From assembly GCA_016182085.1 (NCBI GenBank), contig JACOYB010000004.1, forward strand, positions 339,923 through 403,922: 64,000 bases of DNA, written 5' to 3'. This stretch comes from Candidatus Magasanikiibacteriota bacterium (GTDB lineage: Bacteria > Patescibacteriota > Patescibacteriia > Magasanikbacterales > GWA2-37-8). Positions within the stretch are counted from its first letter, which is position 1; each line of letters opens with the position of its first letter. The position numbers were made by a program, and so were the translations under genes. This document shows, one piece after another, positions 1 to 9,776 of this stretch. The notes beneath the pieces are model-generated. The model saw only the letters and a list, made by a program, of their open reading frames with translations. It was not told the DNA's origin and did not search any database.

Positions 1-1
1 G

Positions 2-1102
2 CAAACTTTAGTATTTGATAAATCTAGAATTTTATACGGATTAAACAAGGCCAAAACCGAAATTAAGGCCAAGGATTTGGCCGTGCTGGTGGAAGGGCAG
101 ATGGATGTGATCGCTTGTCATCAAGCTGGCATGAAAAATGTTGTAGCTTCTTCGGGTACAGCCTTAACACTTGAGCAAATTAAATTATTAAAAAGGTATT
201 CCAACAATATTGCCATTGCCTTTGATGCGGATACAGCCGGACAAAATGCGGCTAAGCGCGGTATAGATATGGCGCTCGAACAGGGGATGAGTATAAAAAT
301 TATCCAAATTCCGGCTGGAGCGGGTAAGGATGCCGATGAATGCATAAAAAAGGATTTGCCTATTTGGTTTAAAGCTGTAGAAACCGCTAAAGAAGTAATG
401 GATTGGTATTTTGCCAGTGCGTTTAATGGAATAGATAAAAACGATCCTAAGCAGAAGCAGAAAGTGGCCGAGACTTTGCTAGCCGAGATCGGACGTTTAC
501 CGTACGCCGTAGAGAAGGATCATTGGCTAAAAAGATTGGCTGAGGAGTTAAACGTTGAGCGAGAGGTATTGGTTGCCGAACTTGGCAGAGTTGCCGCGCA
601 GGCAAAAAAATACACCGACAATAAACCAGATAAAGCGCCGGATGGACTAGTAAAAAAAGAAAATTGGGATGCCCCAGGGAAAATACCGGTGCTGGCAGAG
701 AACTTCTTTGCTTTACTGCTTAAATTTCCGCAGTTATTTTCCCAGTACGCAGACGGCTTAAAGTCGGAGTTTTTTCATAAAACCCGCTTTGCCGGCCTTT
801 ACGAATCCCTAAAAACACACTATAATACTAGCAATCTAGATATAAACGCGATTAGAGATAGTTTAAGCAAGGAAGATCAAGATTCCGTTGATATTTTAGT
901 GTTAAAAACAGATAAGGACTATAGCGCTTTTGGCGCGCCCGAAGCAAAAAAAGAATTGGATTTTTTGTTTAATAAAATTAAAGAAGAGTGGCAAAAAAAT
1001 AGACGCGAGCAGCTGTATGCGCAGCTAAAAGGATCAGAAAAAAATAATGATCTGGAAGCCGTGCAAAAAATCTTGAAAGAAATAGTGGAATTGGATAAGT
1101 AA
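2..1102 (+). CDS. dnaG: DNA primase, 5'-partial
   Basis: Frame is open from base 2 (FDKSRILYGL...VEGQMDVIA...SGTALT...AFDADTAG Toprim motifs) and lies directly upstream of rpoD. Confidence 0.95.
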   Translation, partial: QTLVFDKSRILYGLNKAKTEIKAKDLAVLVEGQMDVIACHQAGMKNVVASSGTALTLEQIKLLKRYSNNIAIAFDADTAGQNAAKRGIDMALEQGMSIKIIQIPAGAGKDADECIKKDLPIWFKAVETAKEVMDWYFASAFNGIDKNDPKQKQKVAETLLAEIGRLPYAVEKDHWLKRLAEELNVEREVLVAELGRVAAQAKKYTDNKPDKAPDGLVKKENWDAPGKIPVLAENFFALLLKFPQLFSQYADGLKSEFFHKTRFAGLYESLKTHYNTSNLDINAIRDSLSKEDQDSVDILVLKTDKDYSAFGAPEAKKELDFLFNKIKEEWQKNRREQLYAQLKGSEKNNDLEAVQKILKEIVELDK

Positions 1103-1148
1103 ATATAAATTAAAATTTTAATCAGTAAGATTTAATATTAATCCCTCT

Positions 1149-2450
1149 ATGGCGGTCAAAAAAAAGGGGACAATTAAAAAATCTTCCAAGCCATTGCGCG
1201 TTAAACATACGCGTAAGCAAAAAGAGAAGAAAAAAGTTTTAGTAAAAAAATCACAAAAAAAATCGGTAAAAAAGTTTCTTCAACCTAAAAAAAACCAGCA
1301 CTTCAAGCAAAAAGGCAAGCATCATAAAAAAAATCAAGAAGAGGAGATTGTAGCCGAGCCTTCGCTTAAAGACATTTGGGCGCTTGTTGCCAAGGGGCGC
1401 ACTCGCGGTTTTATTACCCAAGTAGAAGCTGAGGGTGTTTTTTCTCGTCCGGAACGGTATCTGGATCTTTATGAGGGTTTTATGGATTTGTTAGATAAAA
1501 ATGGTGTAACTGTTGTAGAAACTGCCGGTAACTTGCTTGGCCGCAAAACCGAAAGCAAAAGTCTGCTGCAGCAATTCCAGGGCAAGCAGCCGGATATGGA
1601 CACGCCATTTGATTTGGGGCAAATTTCTTCTGATTCTATACAGATGTATTTGCGTGAAATTGGTAGAATACCGCTGCTTAAATCTGCGGAAGAGATCGCT
1701 CTGGCCAAACGCAAAGAAAGAGGTGATAAAGAAGCGGATAGAAAACTTATAGAAGCCAATTTAAGATTAGTCGTTTCTATTGCCAAAAAATTTGTAGGTA
1801 AATCTTTGTCATTGCTCGATTTAATCCAAGAAGGAAATATTGGCTTGTTTAGAGCCGTAAAAAAGTTTGATTACCGCAAAGGCTTTAAATTTTCTACTTA
1901 CGCTACTTGGTGGATACGCCAGGCTATTACTCGCGCCTTGGCCGACCAGTCGCGCACCATTCGTATTCCGGTGCATATGGTAGAAACTATTAACCGTTTC
2001 CAGCAGGTCCAGCGCCGACTGCTGCAAGATTTGGGCCGCGATCCAACCCCGGAAGAATTGGCCGCCGAAATGGGCGAGGAAGTAGAAAAAATCAATCATA
2101 TTATCAAAATTTCTCAAGACACCGTGTCTTTGGAAATGTCGGTGGGCGATGACGATGATGACGATTCTTCCTTGCAGGATTTTGTGGAAGATATCAAGAA
2201 CATGTCTCCGGATCGCGTGGCCGGTTTGCAAATTTTGCGCGATTATGTAAAAGACGCGATCAAAGATTTGTCGCCGCGCGAGCAAAAGATTTTGGAAATG
2301 AGATTTGGCCTTACCGACGGCGTTACGCACACTTTGGAAGAAGTAGGTAAGGAGTTTGATGTTACCCGCGAACGCATCCGCCAAATTGAAGCCAAAGCTC
2401 TGGAAAAAATCCAGCATATGGATATTATTGCCAAGCTTAAGGACTATTAG
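1149..2450 (+). CDS. rpoD: Primary sigma-70 factor with Lys-rich N-terminal extension
   Basis: [58 protein letters not shown]. Confidence 0.97.
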   Translation: MAVKKKGTIKKSSKPLRVKHTRKQKEKKKVLVKKSQKKSVKKFLQPKKNQHFKQKGKHHKKNQEEEIVAEPSLKDIWALVAKGRTRGFITQVEAEGVFSRPERYLDLYEGFMDLLDKNGVTVVETAGNLLGRKTESKSLLQQFQGKQPDMDTPFDLGQISSDSIQMYLREIGRIPLLKSAEEIALAKRKERGDKEADRKLIEANLRLVVSIAKKFVGKSLSLLDLIQEGNIGLFRAVKKFDYRKGFKFSTYATWWIRQAITRALADQSRTIRIPVHMVETINRFQQVQRRLLQDLGRDPTPEELAAEMGEEVEKINHIIKISQDTVSLEMSVGDDDDDDSSLQDFVEDIKNMSPDRVAGLQILRDYVKDAIKDLSPREQKILEMRFGLTDGVTHTLEEVGKEFDVTRERIRQIEAKALEKIQHMDIIAKLKDY

Positions 2451-2468
2451 GTATAGTTTTATACCGGT

Positions 2469-3653
2469 ATGAGAATAGAACATTTTGCTCCGGAAATGAT
2501 TGTCCCCGAAGATCAAGATCTTGAACATAAAGTAATACATAACGAAGTTATCAGGCACGAAGACGTACAAAAATACGCCGATTTTATAATTAACCATCTT
2601 AAAATTTTTGAAAAAGCTTCGGAGCAGGAAAAAACAGCTTTTATCATAGATGCTCTTAATAACGATAATCTCGTGCAAGAAGTACGGGGTGATATGGAAG
2701 CTGGTCTTTTAGATGAGAGAGAAGTGCTTGACGTGACAAGCAGGGTCAGAAAAGCCCTTGTAGAAGAATTGAAAGGCAAAATTGATAGCGATATATATTT
2801 ACTTATTGAGGATATTAAAAACGCAACCGAATCACCCGATCCAAACCGTAAAAATATTGTGAGTTTGCTCATTGATAAGTATGGCCAGCAAAGAGTGTAT
2901 AAAGAGCAAGAAATACCGGAAAAGTATAAACAAGATCTTAAAGATGCTGTCCTGCTTTTTCAGCAATTAGATCCGCACCCCAACATTGCTCAGAATATTA
3001 AATATGACGAGAAGCAGCACAGTCTAATTTATGAAAAGTTAGATTTTATTTCGCTGGCTCAATATTTAGAAGATGGAAAAAAATCCAGTAGAGATAAATT
3101 TCTCACAGGCCTACAAGTGTTAAGAGATTGCGTAAGAGGGGCAAACTATTTGGCAGAACACGGCTTGGTGTTACAAGATATTGACCCGTTCAATCTTGGC
3201 GTGCAAGAAACAGATTCAGGCGCTAAGAAAGGAGTATTGTTTGATTTATTGTGGTTGGTAAAAAAAGGGGTGCATATGGATTTTCGCATGAGTAAGCCAG
3301 GCTATTTTAGTAGGATAATGTACGATTCTGATCAGCCTGATCCAGATTGTTTAAGTCCTTATGAAATGGTGTATCAATTTGGTCTTTGTTTAGACAAAAT
3401 AAAAGAGACATACTGCGATTCAACTTTTGCAAAGAGAAAATCAAGTCAGGTAGATGCTTTTGATCTTGATAGCCAAGAAGTAAAGATGGTAACCCGCGAT
3501 ATCAGAAATTTATCCACGGACATGCAGGCGCTTCGCAGTAATAAGGTAGGTAGATATAAAAGACGCATAGATTTGAAAGAGGCGGAGGAAAGATTAAATA
3601 AAATTATTGCTGAAACAGAAAAAGTTTTTAACTCTGTGCCTTTCCCTGTATGA
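2469..3653 (+). CDS. Orphan protein with degenerate protein-kinase-like C-terminal domain
   Basis: RVYKE, HPNIAQ, LVLQDIDPFNLG (HRDxKPxN-like), LFDL (DFG-like). Confidence 0.6.
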   Translation: MRIEHFAPEMIVPEDQDLEHKVIHNEVIRHEDVQKYADFIINHLKIFEKASEQEKTAFIIDALNNDNLVQEVRGDMEAGLLDEREVLDVTSRVRKALVEELKGKIDSDIYLLIEDIKNATESPDPNRKNIVSLLIDKYGQQRVYKEQEIPEKYKQDLKDAVLLFQQLDPHPNIAQNIKYDEKQHSLIYEKLDFISLAQYLEDGKKSSRDKFLTGLQVLRDCVRGANYLAEHGLVLQDIDPFNLGVQETDSGAKKGVLFDLLWLVKKGVHMDFRMSKPGYFSRIMYDSDQPDPDCLSPYEMVYQFGLCLDKIKETYCDSTFAKRKSSQVDAFDLDSQEVKMVTRDIRNLSTDMQALRSNKVGRYKRRIDLKEAEERLNKIIAETEKVFNSVPFPV

Positions 3654-4723
3654 AAATACTATTTTCCGGCGGCGGAACACTTGGGCCGGTGGTGCCGCTG
3701 CTGGCTATATCCGAAATATACAAAAAACATAACCTCAAGGCGGAATTTTTTTGGGTGGGTACGCAAAACGGTCCGGAAAAAGAATTGATTTCTCAATATA
3801 ATATTCCTTTTTTCACCTTAACTTCCGGAAAATGGCGTCGGTATATTTCTTTGTGGAATATTTTTGATATCTTTAAAATAATCTTTGGTTTTTTTCAGTC
3901 TTTATTTTTATTATGGCAGAAAAAACCGGATATGGTGGTAACAGCCGGAGGATTTGTAAGCGTGCCGCTTCATGCCGCGGCTTTTGTGCTGGGGATACCG
4001 GCGTGGGTGCATCAGCAGGACGCGCAAGTTGGGCTGGCTAATAAAATTATGTCGCATACGGCCAAGAAAATTACCACGGCCTTACGCGACAGCCAGTCGT
4101 TTTTTTCGGAAAATAAAACCGAATGGATTGGTAATCCGGTACGCGATCTGTCTGTAAAAGATGTGTCTGAATCTAGGCAGAAGCTTGGCATACCACCCGG
4201 AGTGCATGTAATTTTGGCTATGGGCGGTGGGACCGGCTCTAGCAGTATAAATAAATTAGTAATGGAAGCATTGCCAGCTTGGCCTAGAGATTGGCATATT
4301 ATTCATTTGGTAGGACGCGAGCGGCCAAGGGCTTTACAAGAAAATGCGACAAAAGTATTTCCTAATTATCATGTGTTTCCATTTTTAAAAGAAGAAATGA
4401 AGGATGCTTATGCCATTGCCGAGGTTGTTATTACCCGAGCCGGTTTTGCCAGTATTACCGAATTGGCAGCCCTGGGCAAGGCGGCGATCCTACTCCCTAT
4501 GTCGCATACTCACCAAGAGGTAAACGCAAGGTTGCTTGCGGAAAATAAAGCAGCTATAGTCTTGGATGAAAGAACGGATAGCGGCTTGAAGCTGGCCAAA
4601 ATCGTAGCCGAACTCATAGAATTTAAAGAGACCAGAGATTACTTGGGTAAACGATTGCAGACGGTTTTACCTCCGGCCAAACCAGAAAAAATCATCCAAA
4701 TTGTGGACAGTCTAGCCTCTTGA
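3650..4723 (+). CDS. murG: Undecaprenyl-PP-MurNAc-pentapeptide GlcNAc transferase
   Basis: SGGGTLGPV, GGFVSVP, HQQD, GNPVR, GGGTGS, RAG, HQEVNA. Confidence 0.93.
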   Translation: MKILFSGGGTLGPVVPLLAISEIYKKHNLKAEFFWVGTQNGPEKELISQYNIPFFTLTSGKWRRYISLWNIFDIFKIIFGFFQSLFLLWQKKPDMVVTAGGFVSVPLHAAAFVLGIPAWVHQQDAQVGLANKIMSHTAKKITTALRDSQSFFSENKTEWIGNPVRDLSVKDVSESRQKLGIPPGVHVILAMGGGTGSSSINKLVMEALPAWPRDWHIIHLVGRERPRALQENATKVFPNYHVFPFLKEEMKDAYAIAEVVITRAGFASITELAALGKAAILLPMSHTHQEVNARLLAENKAAIVLDERTDSGLKLAKIVAELIEFKETRDYLGKRLQTVLPPAKPEKIIQIVDSLAS

Positions 4724-4770
4724 TTTTTTTATTACATTAGTATAGAATAATTAACACTTAGTTAAAATTT

Positions 4771-4843
4771 GGGTCGGTAGCTCAGCTGGTAGAGCAATGC
4801 CCTTTTAAGGCAGTGGTCCTGGGTTCGATCCCCAGCCGACCCA
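4771..4843 (+). tRNA. tRNA-Lys (TTT)
   Basis: Acceptor stem GGGTCGG/CCGACCC, D arm TAGCTCAGCTGGTAGAGC, anticodon loop CT-TTT-AA, GGTTCGATCC T loop; CCA not encoded. Confidence 0.95.
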
Positions 4844-4903
4844 CGACGCGATGCGTTGTGGTAAAAAGATAAATAGTCTTTATAACACAGTTATATATAA
4901 TTT

Positions 4904-4957
4904 GGGCGTTTAGCTCAGTTTCCGCCAGAGGCGGACCAGCCTTGGGCTGGGGTTAGA
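4904..4957 (+). repeat. Duplicated 5' fragment of tRNA-Val interrupted by a 30-nt double-hairpin insert
   Basis: GGGCGTTTAGCTCAGTT[TCCGCCAGAGGCGGACCAGCCTTGGGCTGG]GGTTAGA matches 4967-4990 apart from the insert. Confidence 0.85.
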
Positions 4958-4966
4958 AAATTAAAA

Positions 4967-5040
4967 GGGCGTTTAGCTCAGTTGGTTAGAGCGCCTCGTT
5001 TACACCGAGGAGGTCTAGGGTTCGAATCCCTAAGCGCCTA
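4967..5040 (+). tRNA. tRNA-Val (TAC)
   Basis: Cloverleaf with anticodon arm CCTCG-TT-TAC-AC-CGAGG and GGTTCGAATCC T loop. Confidence 0.95.
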
Positions 5041-5041
5041 C

Positions 5042-5086
5042 AGTAATAAAAATAACCCCCGATTATCGGGGGTTATTTTTATTACT
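5042..5086. terminator. Bidirectional intrinsic terminator
   Basis: AGTAATAAAAATAACCCCCGAT-T-ATCGGGGGTTATTTTTATTACT perfect inverted repeat between convergent units. Confidence 0.85.
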
Positions 5087-5211
5087 TATTTTTTTCTCCC
5101 GGTATCCATAATTTCAATAATTAAAGTTATGGATACGGCGGGAGGAATGGTGGCTGTTTTGTAACCACTCTCCGTATGGGGGTGTGGTTACTGGGTTGCG
5201 GCGTGTGGTCC

Positions 5212-5703
5212 CTAGGGTCGCAGGAAGACCTTCTCGAATTGGCACTTGGGGACGTTCATCCCGAAGCCCGTGATATCGTTGTTCATGAAGGCCTGTACGC
5301 CCTTGAGGCTGCAAAATCGATACCGCTTGCCACCTTCGCCCTGGTAGGTGATGATGGTTCGGCTTGGATTGGTCTTGGCCGTGATCGGGAAGATGCCGTA
5401 GTCGGTGGGCAAGATGCGCACCGTCTCGTCTTCGCCATCGCCATCGCCGTCGGGAAGGATCTCGAAGACCATGGGTTCGGGCAAGGACGGCACATGAATG
5501 GCGTACCTCGCGCCCCACCTGCCTTCGAGTTCCTCGATACCGGGAAGGTCGGAAACAATGATCCGATCGGGGTGAGTGGTCGTTGCGTCGACCGTGAAGG
5601 TGACCGGTGTCGAATCCACGGCGAGAGTGCGGTGGGTGCTCTGGCCGGCGCAGCCGACGAGAACGAGGATGAGAGCAGTGACAGAAACAATTCTGAGCAG
5701 CAT
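5212..5703 (-). CDS. GC-rich orphan lipoprotein
   Basis: Signal peptide with lipobox LVGC, SD AGGAG upstream, C/G-ending codons. Confidence 0.75.
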   Translation of the reverse strand: MLLRIVSVTALILVLVGCAGQSTHRTLAVDSTPVTFTVDATTTHPDRIIVSDLPGIEELEGRWGARYAIHVPSLPEPMVFEILPDGDGDGEDETVRILPTDYGIFPITAKTNPSRTIITYQGEGGKRYRFCSLKGVQAFMNNDITGFGMNVPKCQFEKVFLRP

Positions 5704-5967
5704 AGCGTGGGCTCCTGTCGTTGACTTCTTGGTCTGCTGTATCCTCTCCCGGATACTGGGTTGCAGGGGATCCTGCCGAGAATTCTAGATAGAGAGACTA
5801 TCCACAATACTCGGCACTTCCCGATTTTAAAGGGCAAATAGGCTGTTTATATAAAATTTAACTTTTGTTTATCTGCTTTTAAGCAAACCATAAAATCCAA
5901 CTTTTGTCAAGTTTAGGCAGTTAATCCGTTTGTATGATATAATTTATAGTAAGCAATTAAAATTATT

Positions 5968-7149
5968 ATGTCCAGAGGTTTTGAAAATAAAAAAATCATT
6001 TTACATCAAGGAGTTTATAAAAGACCGGTATCGGTAGGCGACGCGATTTTTATGATTACGGGCATGAGTATTGGCGCCGGGATGTTGGGTATTCCCTATG
6101 TAGTGGCCCAAGTTGGTTTAAAAATCGGCATTGTCTATATTTTAGTACTGGGACTGGTGATGTTGTGTTTAAATTTAATGCTCGGAGATATAGCTGTGCG
6201 CACCAATGAACCTTTGCAAATTCCGGGACTGGTTGGCAGGTATTTAGGCAAGGGGCCAAAATATATTATCAATATTTTAGTTGTTTTCGGTTCATATAGC
6301 ACGCTGCTCGCCTATATATCGGGTGAGGGGCAGGCGCTAACAGCTTTATTTGGAGGGAGCCCAGTAGTTTGGAGTTTGGTATTTTGGACTATTGGGAGCG
6401 CTATAGTATGGCGAGGGCTGCAAACAATCAAAAGCGTAGAAAAGGTGTTGAGCCTTATCGTTATGAGTATAGTTATCGGAGTTTCTTTTTATATTCTACG
6501 GGATTTTGACATGACAGCCTGGGCCTATACCGATGTAAGTAAGATTTTCTTGCCGTACGGTGTGATTTTGTTCGCGTTAAACGCCACGCCAGCCATTATA
6601 GAAGCACATGCTTTATTGCCAAAAGATCAAAAAAGTTTTAAGAGAGCACTTATTATCGGCTCGCTTATACCCATGACCATTTATATTATTTTTGCTATAG
6701 CCGTAGTTGGGGCAACCGGACTGCAGACCACAGAGGTGGCAACTATTGGTTTGGGAGAGAAATTTGGCAAAGGGATCCTAGTTTTAAGTAATATTTTTGC
6801 GGTTCTGGCCATGAGCGCGGGTTTTATCGGTTCAGGAATTGCATTAAAACAAAATTTTGTTTGGGATAATAAAATACCTAAGATAATAGCAGAATTTTTA
6901 GTAATCTCGGTTCCTATTTTTTTGTTTTTACTGGGGCTGCGACACTTTATTGTAATTTTAAGCGTAGCTGGAGGATTGGTAATCGGCGTAGAAGCGGTGT
7001 TCCTTGTGTTAACCTGCTGGCAGGCTAGAAGAAAAGGCTATGTTAATGCCTCTGAATACGGCCTTCATCACTTTTGGCTTCTTGCCATTCCGGTTTTTTT
7101 GATTTTTAGCTGGGTAACGGTACAAAGCATGCTTAATTTTGTTAAATAA
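5968..7149 (+). CDS. Amino acid permease (Trp/Tyr-permease-like, APC superfamily)
   Basis: GMSIGAGMLGIPY N-terminal motif and about 11 hydrophobic segments. Confidence 0.85.
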   Translation: MSRGFENKKIILHQGVYKRPVSVGDAIFMITGMSIGAGMLGIPYVVAQVGLKIGIVYILVLGLVMLCLNLMLGDIAVRTNEPLQIPGLVGRYLGKGPKYIINILVVFGSYSTLLAYISGEGQALTALFGGSPVVWSLVFWTIGSAIVWRGLQTIKSVEKVLSLIVMSIVIGVSFYILRDFDMTAWAYTDVSKIFLPYGVILFALNATPAIIEAHALLPKDQKSFKRALIIGSLIPMTIYIIFAIAVVGATGLQTTEVATIGLGEKFGKGILVLSNIFAVLAMSAGFIGSGIALKQNFVWDNKIPKIIAEFLVISVPIFLFLLGLRHFIVILSVAGGLVIGVEAVFLVLTCWQARRKGYVNASEYGLHHFWLLAIPVFLIFSWVTVQSMLNFVK

Positions 7150-7170
7150 AAATCTCTAGTGAAGAAAAAA

Positions 7171-8910
7171 TTAAGGTACCACCTTTGAACCCAGAGAGAA
7201 GCCCCTATCATTTCTGTTTAGAATATTATTTATAGGAGTATGGGAAAGATTAAATTTCTTACCAACAAAGCTGTCTGTGGCTGAAAAGGATAGGGAGTTG
7301 GTTAATTGTATGTTTTTTCCTATCTGAGATGCGGTTGGTGTGACTGCCACTTCAAAATACAAACCAGTTTGGCTGTTGGCTGGTAATGAGTCATAGCTCC
7401 AAGAAATAGTTCGGCTAGAGTTGTTATATTTGAGCTGCGGGCCAATTGTGGTGCTTTGTTTTCCGCTAAATTCAACCCCGTCTGGGAGAGAAGTGGAAAA
7501 ACTTGGATTGTCCACGGCGTTAGTAGTATTGATTACCTTTACAAATATCCAGTATTTAGTCATTTTTCCGACTTGAGGCGGCAGGGATCCGCGACCAAGC
7601 TGGTCACCTTCGTTTGTATAATAACGGGCTTCAATACTATTAAAATTAAGCTCGGTTGCCAGCGGCAGGCTAACGCGGCTGCCCTCCTGGCTAAATGCTT
7701 GGTCGCTAATTTCAGGAGCCTCAGCTTTCATTATCGGAAATATTTCCAGTTTGGCATTTTCAGTTTGCGGTAAGTTAAATTTTGGAAGTAGATATATTTT
7801 TACTCCAAATACATCGTTACTCTCCGGGTTTCCATTGCTTAAGCTGGTTCTGGATTGTCCGTCAAAGAATACGCCATTTGCTTCGGTTTTAGCGTGGTTT
7901 TCTTGAGCAGTTTTTTTCCAGTCTACGATACCCTGTAGGTTTGAGGTTAAATGAAGAGAAAGGTTTTGCAGTTTAATACCGCTGTTATTTTTCCAGCTTG
8001 CCTCAACTGGGATGATTTGTCCCGGCTCAGCATAAGGGGGTGGGCTTATTAACTTGACCGCAGAATTTATTTGCGGTGAAAAAATTTGAAATTCCTGTAT
8101 GTTTTTGGTTTGGAAAATTTTTGAGTTTTGGTACGAAATAGCGGTGGCTATTTCAAAGGTGTGGTATCCTGTTTGGCTGGGCGCAGTAAATTGTCCTTCT
8201 ATGGTTTTTGAGCCATTTGGTGGAATAGAGACAAGGTCTTCGTTTAGCATAACTTCATCGCGTTTGCTGGTTAAGATATATATATCTTTAATTTCGCGAT
8301 TACCGGAATTTTTTATAGTATAGGAAAATTTAATGGGCGCGCGAGCAAAAGCAGATGATGGAAATTTCAAGTAGCCGGAAAGAACGCTTTCTGGAAGTTT
8401 GGTAATTAATGATGACAGTTTTTGTTCGCGGCTGCTTTTATTTTCCGGTCGATAGGATAAGTTGGCGATAATAAGGGCATCTTCATTTGGTTCGGTCCAA
8501 AATGATCCGTATACGCTTGCTTGGCCGGAAGCGCCGGCACCTAATTCCTTAACCGAGGTAAAAATTGATTGGTCAGAGAAAACGTCAGTTGGTGTTTTGT
8601 CGCGATTTATAATAAATCCTTCCGGTAAACGGAGGCCCAGCGACGCTTCTTTTAGGTTTATTTTACTGTGGTTGGTATAGCTTACGGTAACGATAACTTC
8701 CTCACCGCTTTTTATTCTTTCATTCCCCAAAGTCATTGATAGTTCAATGAGGCCGGTCAAGCTTGGTTTCCAAAAAAATAAAAATAAATTGCCGGCGATC
8801 ATTGCAAGTGTCAAGGAAAGCAAGGCTAAATCAAAAACAAATAGTTTTTTAGCGCTACGGTACACTCCGTGGTATCTGTTCAGATAGTGATGATGTAGAA
8901 ATTTTAACAT
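7171..8910 (-). CDS. Membrane-anchored beta-rich hypothetical protein
   Basis: One N-terminal TM helix followed by Ig-like beta-rich segments. Confidence 0.75.
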   Translation of the reverse strand: MLKFLHHHYLNRYHGVYRSAKKLFVFDLALLSLTLAMIAGNLFLFFWKPSLTGLIELSMTLGNERIKSGEEVIVTVSYTNHSKINLKEASLGLRLPEGFIINRDKTPTDVFSDQSIFTSVKELGAGASGQASVYGSFWTEPNEDALIIANLSYRPENKSSREQKLSSLITKLPESVLSGYLKFPSSAFARAPIKFSYTIKNSGNREIKDIYILTSKRDEVMLNEDLVSIPPNGSKTIEGQFTAPSQTGYHTFEIATAISYQNSKIFQTKNIQEFQIFSPQINSAVKLISPPPYAEPGQIIPVEASWKNNSGIKLQNLSLHLTSNLQGIVDWKKTAQENHAKTEANGVFFDGQSRTSLSNGNPESNDVFGVKIYLLPKFNLPQTENAKLEIFPIMKAEAPEISDQAFSQEGSRVSLPLATELNFNSIEARYYTNEGDQLGRGSLPPQVGKMTKYWIFVKVINTTNAVDNPSFSTSLPDGVEFSGKQSTTIGPQLKYNNSSRTISWSYDSLPANSQTGLYFEVAVTPTASQIGKNIQLTNSLSFSATDSFVGKKFNLSHTPINNILNRNDRGFSLGSKVVP

Positions 8911-9011
8911 ATATTGAGCGGTATTGTTGCATTATATTATATAACTTTTACTTTGTTTTAACAACTTTTTATGTTTTTATTAAACATAAAACCCTCTGTA
9001 GATCGAGGGTT

Positions 9012-9374
9012 TTAGGCTGTGTTTTTGTCTGAAGATTTTTCTCGGGTTTCTGTATTATTTTTTATTTCCTTGTCATGGTTGTTTACAATTTTAGGATTAG
9101 GGGAGTAAAGAGGGTTTTTTATTTTCCAGTTTCCGATAAATTGTCCGATGCCTTTATTTTCCAGTTTGTTTTTAATTGTCGTGTGTCTTTGAGACCATTT
9201 AACAAGGCTTTCAAAGTTTAGTTTATACCTACCCGCTACAACGATATAGATGATCTCCTTAGAAGTGATGGCTCGCCTGATTGTTTGGGCGTTTACGCCA
9301 AACAACTTAGCAGCCTCTGAAACTGAGACCCTAATTACTTCCTTTGGTTTTTCCGTGAGCAAGTTCTGATCCAT
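9012..9374 (-). CDS. Excisionase/MerR-like helix-turn-helix DNA-binding protein
   Basis: VSVSEAAKLFGVNAQTIRRAI HTH; minus-strand TTGACA (9440-9435) and TG-N-TAGGAT promoter. Confidence 0.8.
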   Translation of the reverse strand: MDQNLLTEKPKEVIRVSVSEAAKLFGVNAQTIRRAITSKEIIYIVVAGRYKLNFESLVKWSQRHTTIKNKLENKGIGQFIGNWKIKNPLYSPNPKIVNNHDKEIKNNTETREKSSDKNTA

Positions 9375-9390
9375 AGAGCTGATTTAAGTT

Positions 9391-9582
9391 TTGTATATAC
9401 TTATGTATACAATCCTAGCATAAATTTACAATTTTGTCAATATTTAAGTTACATCCCCTGTACCTTTAAATAGCTAATTTGTATACACTAGTGTATACAA
9501 ATTAAGTAAAAAAACCGCATGGTTAAGGCGCTTTGTGTAGTATTTCAGCATTATTTTATTTTGTATACACTAGTGTATACAA
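9391..9582. promoter_or_regulatory. Three 22-bp palindromic sites, consensus TTGTATACACTAGTGTATACAA
   Basis: 9391-9412 (imperfect), 9479-9500 and 9561-9582 (perfect, identical). Confidence 0.8.
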
Positions 9583-9743
9583 AATAATTAAATTTGTCAC
9601 AGCCTATCAGAGTCGGAGTTTTTTTTGAAATCAGCTCTTAAATATGTCTTAAAATTCAGGGTTTTTAATTTGACTTTTACCTATTATATTGTTATGATGT
9701 GTATCACTGAAATTATGGTAATAGAGGCAAAAGATTGCAAAAC

Positions 9744-9771
9744 TGTAACACTTTCCTTATTCCTACGTCTA
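9744..9771 (+). promoter_or_regulatory. Putative ECF-sigma promoter TGTAAC-N16-CGTCTA giving a near-leaderless transcript
   Basis: AAC/CGT architecture typical of ECF promoters, 5 nt before ATG 9777. Confidence 0.6.
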
Positions 9772-9776
9772 CTATA

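Noticed and set aside
9391-9582. Repeated 22-mers as a mini CRISPR array or replication origin
   Set aside because: Spacers of 60-66 nt are too long, only three copies, no cas genes, and no DnaA boxes seen
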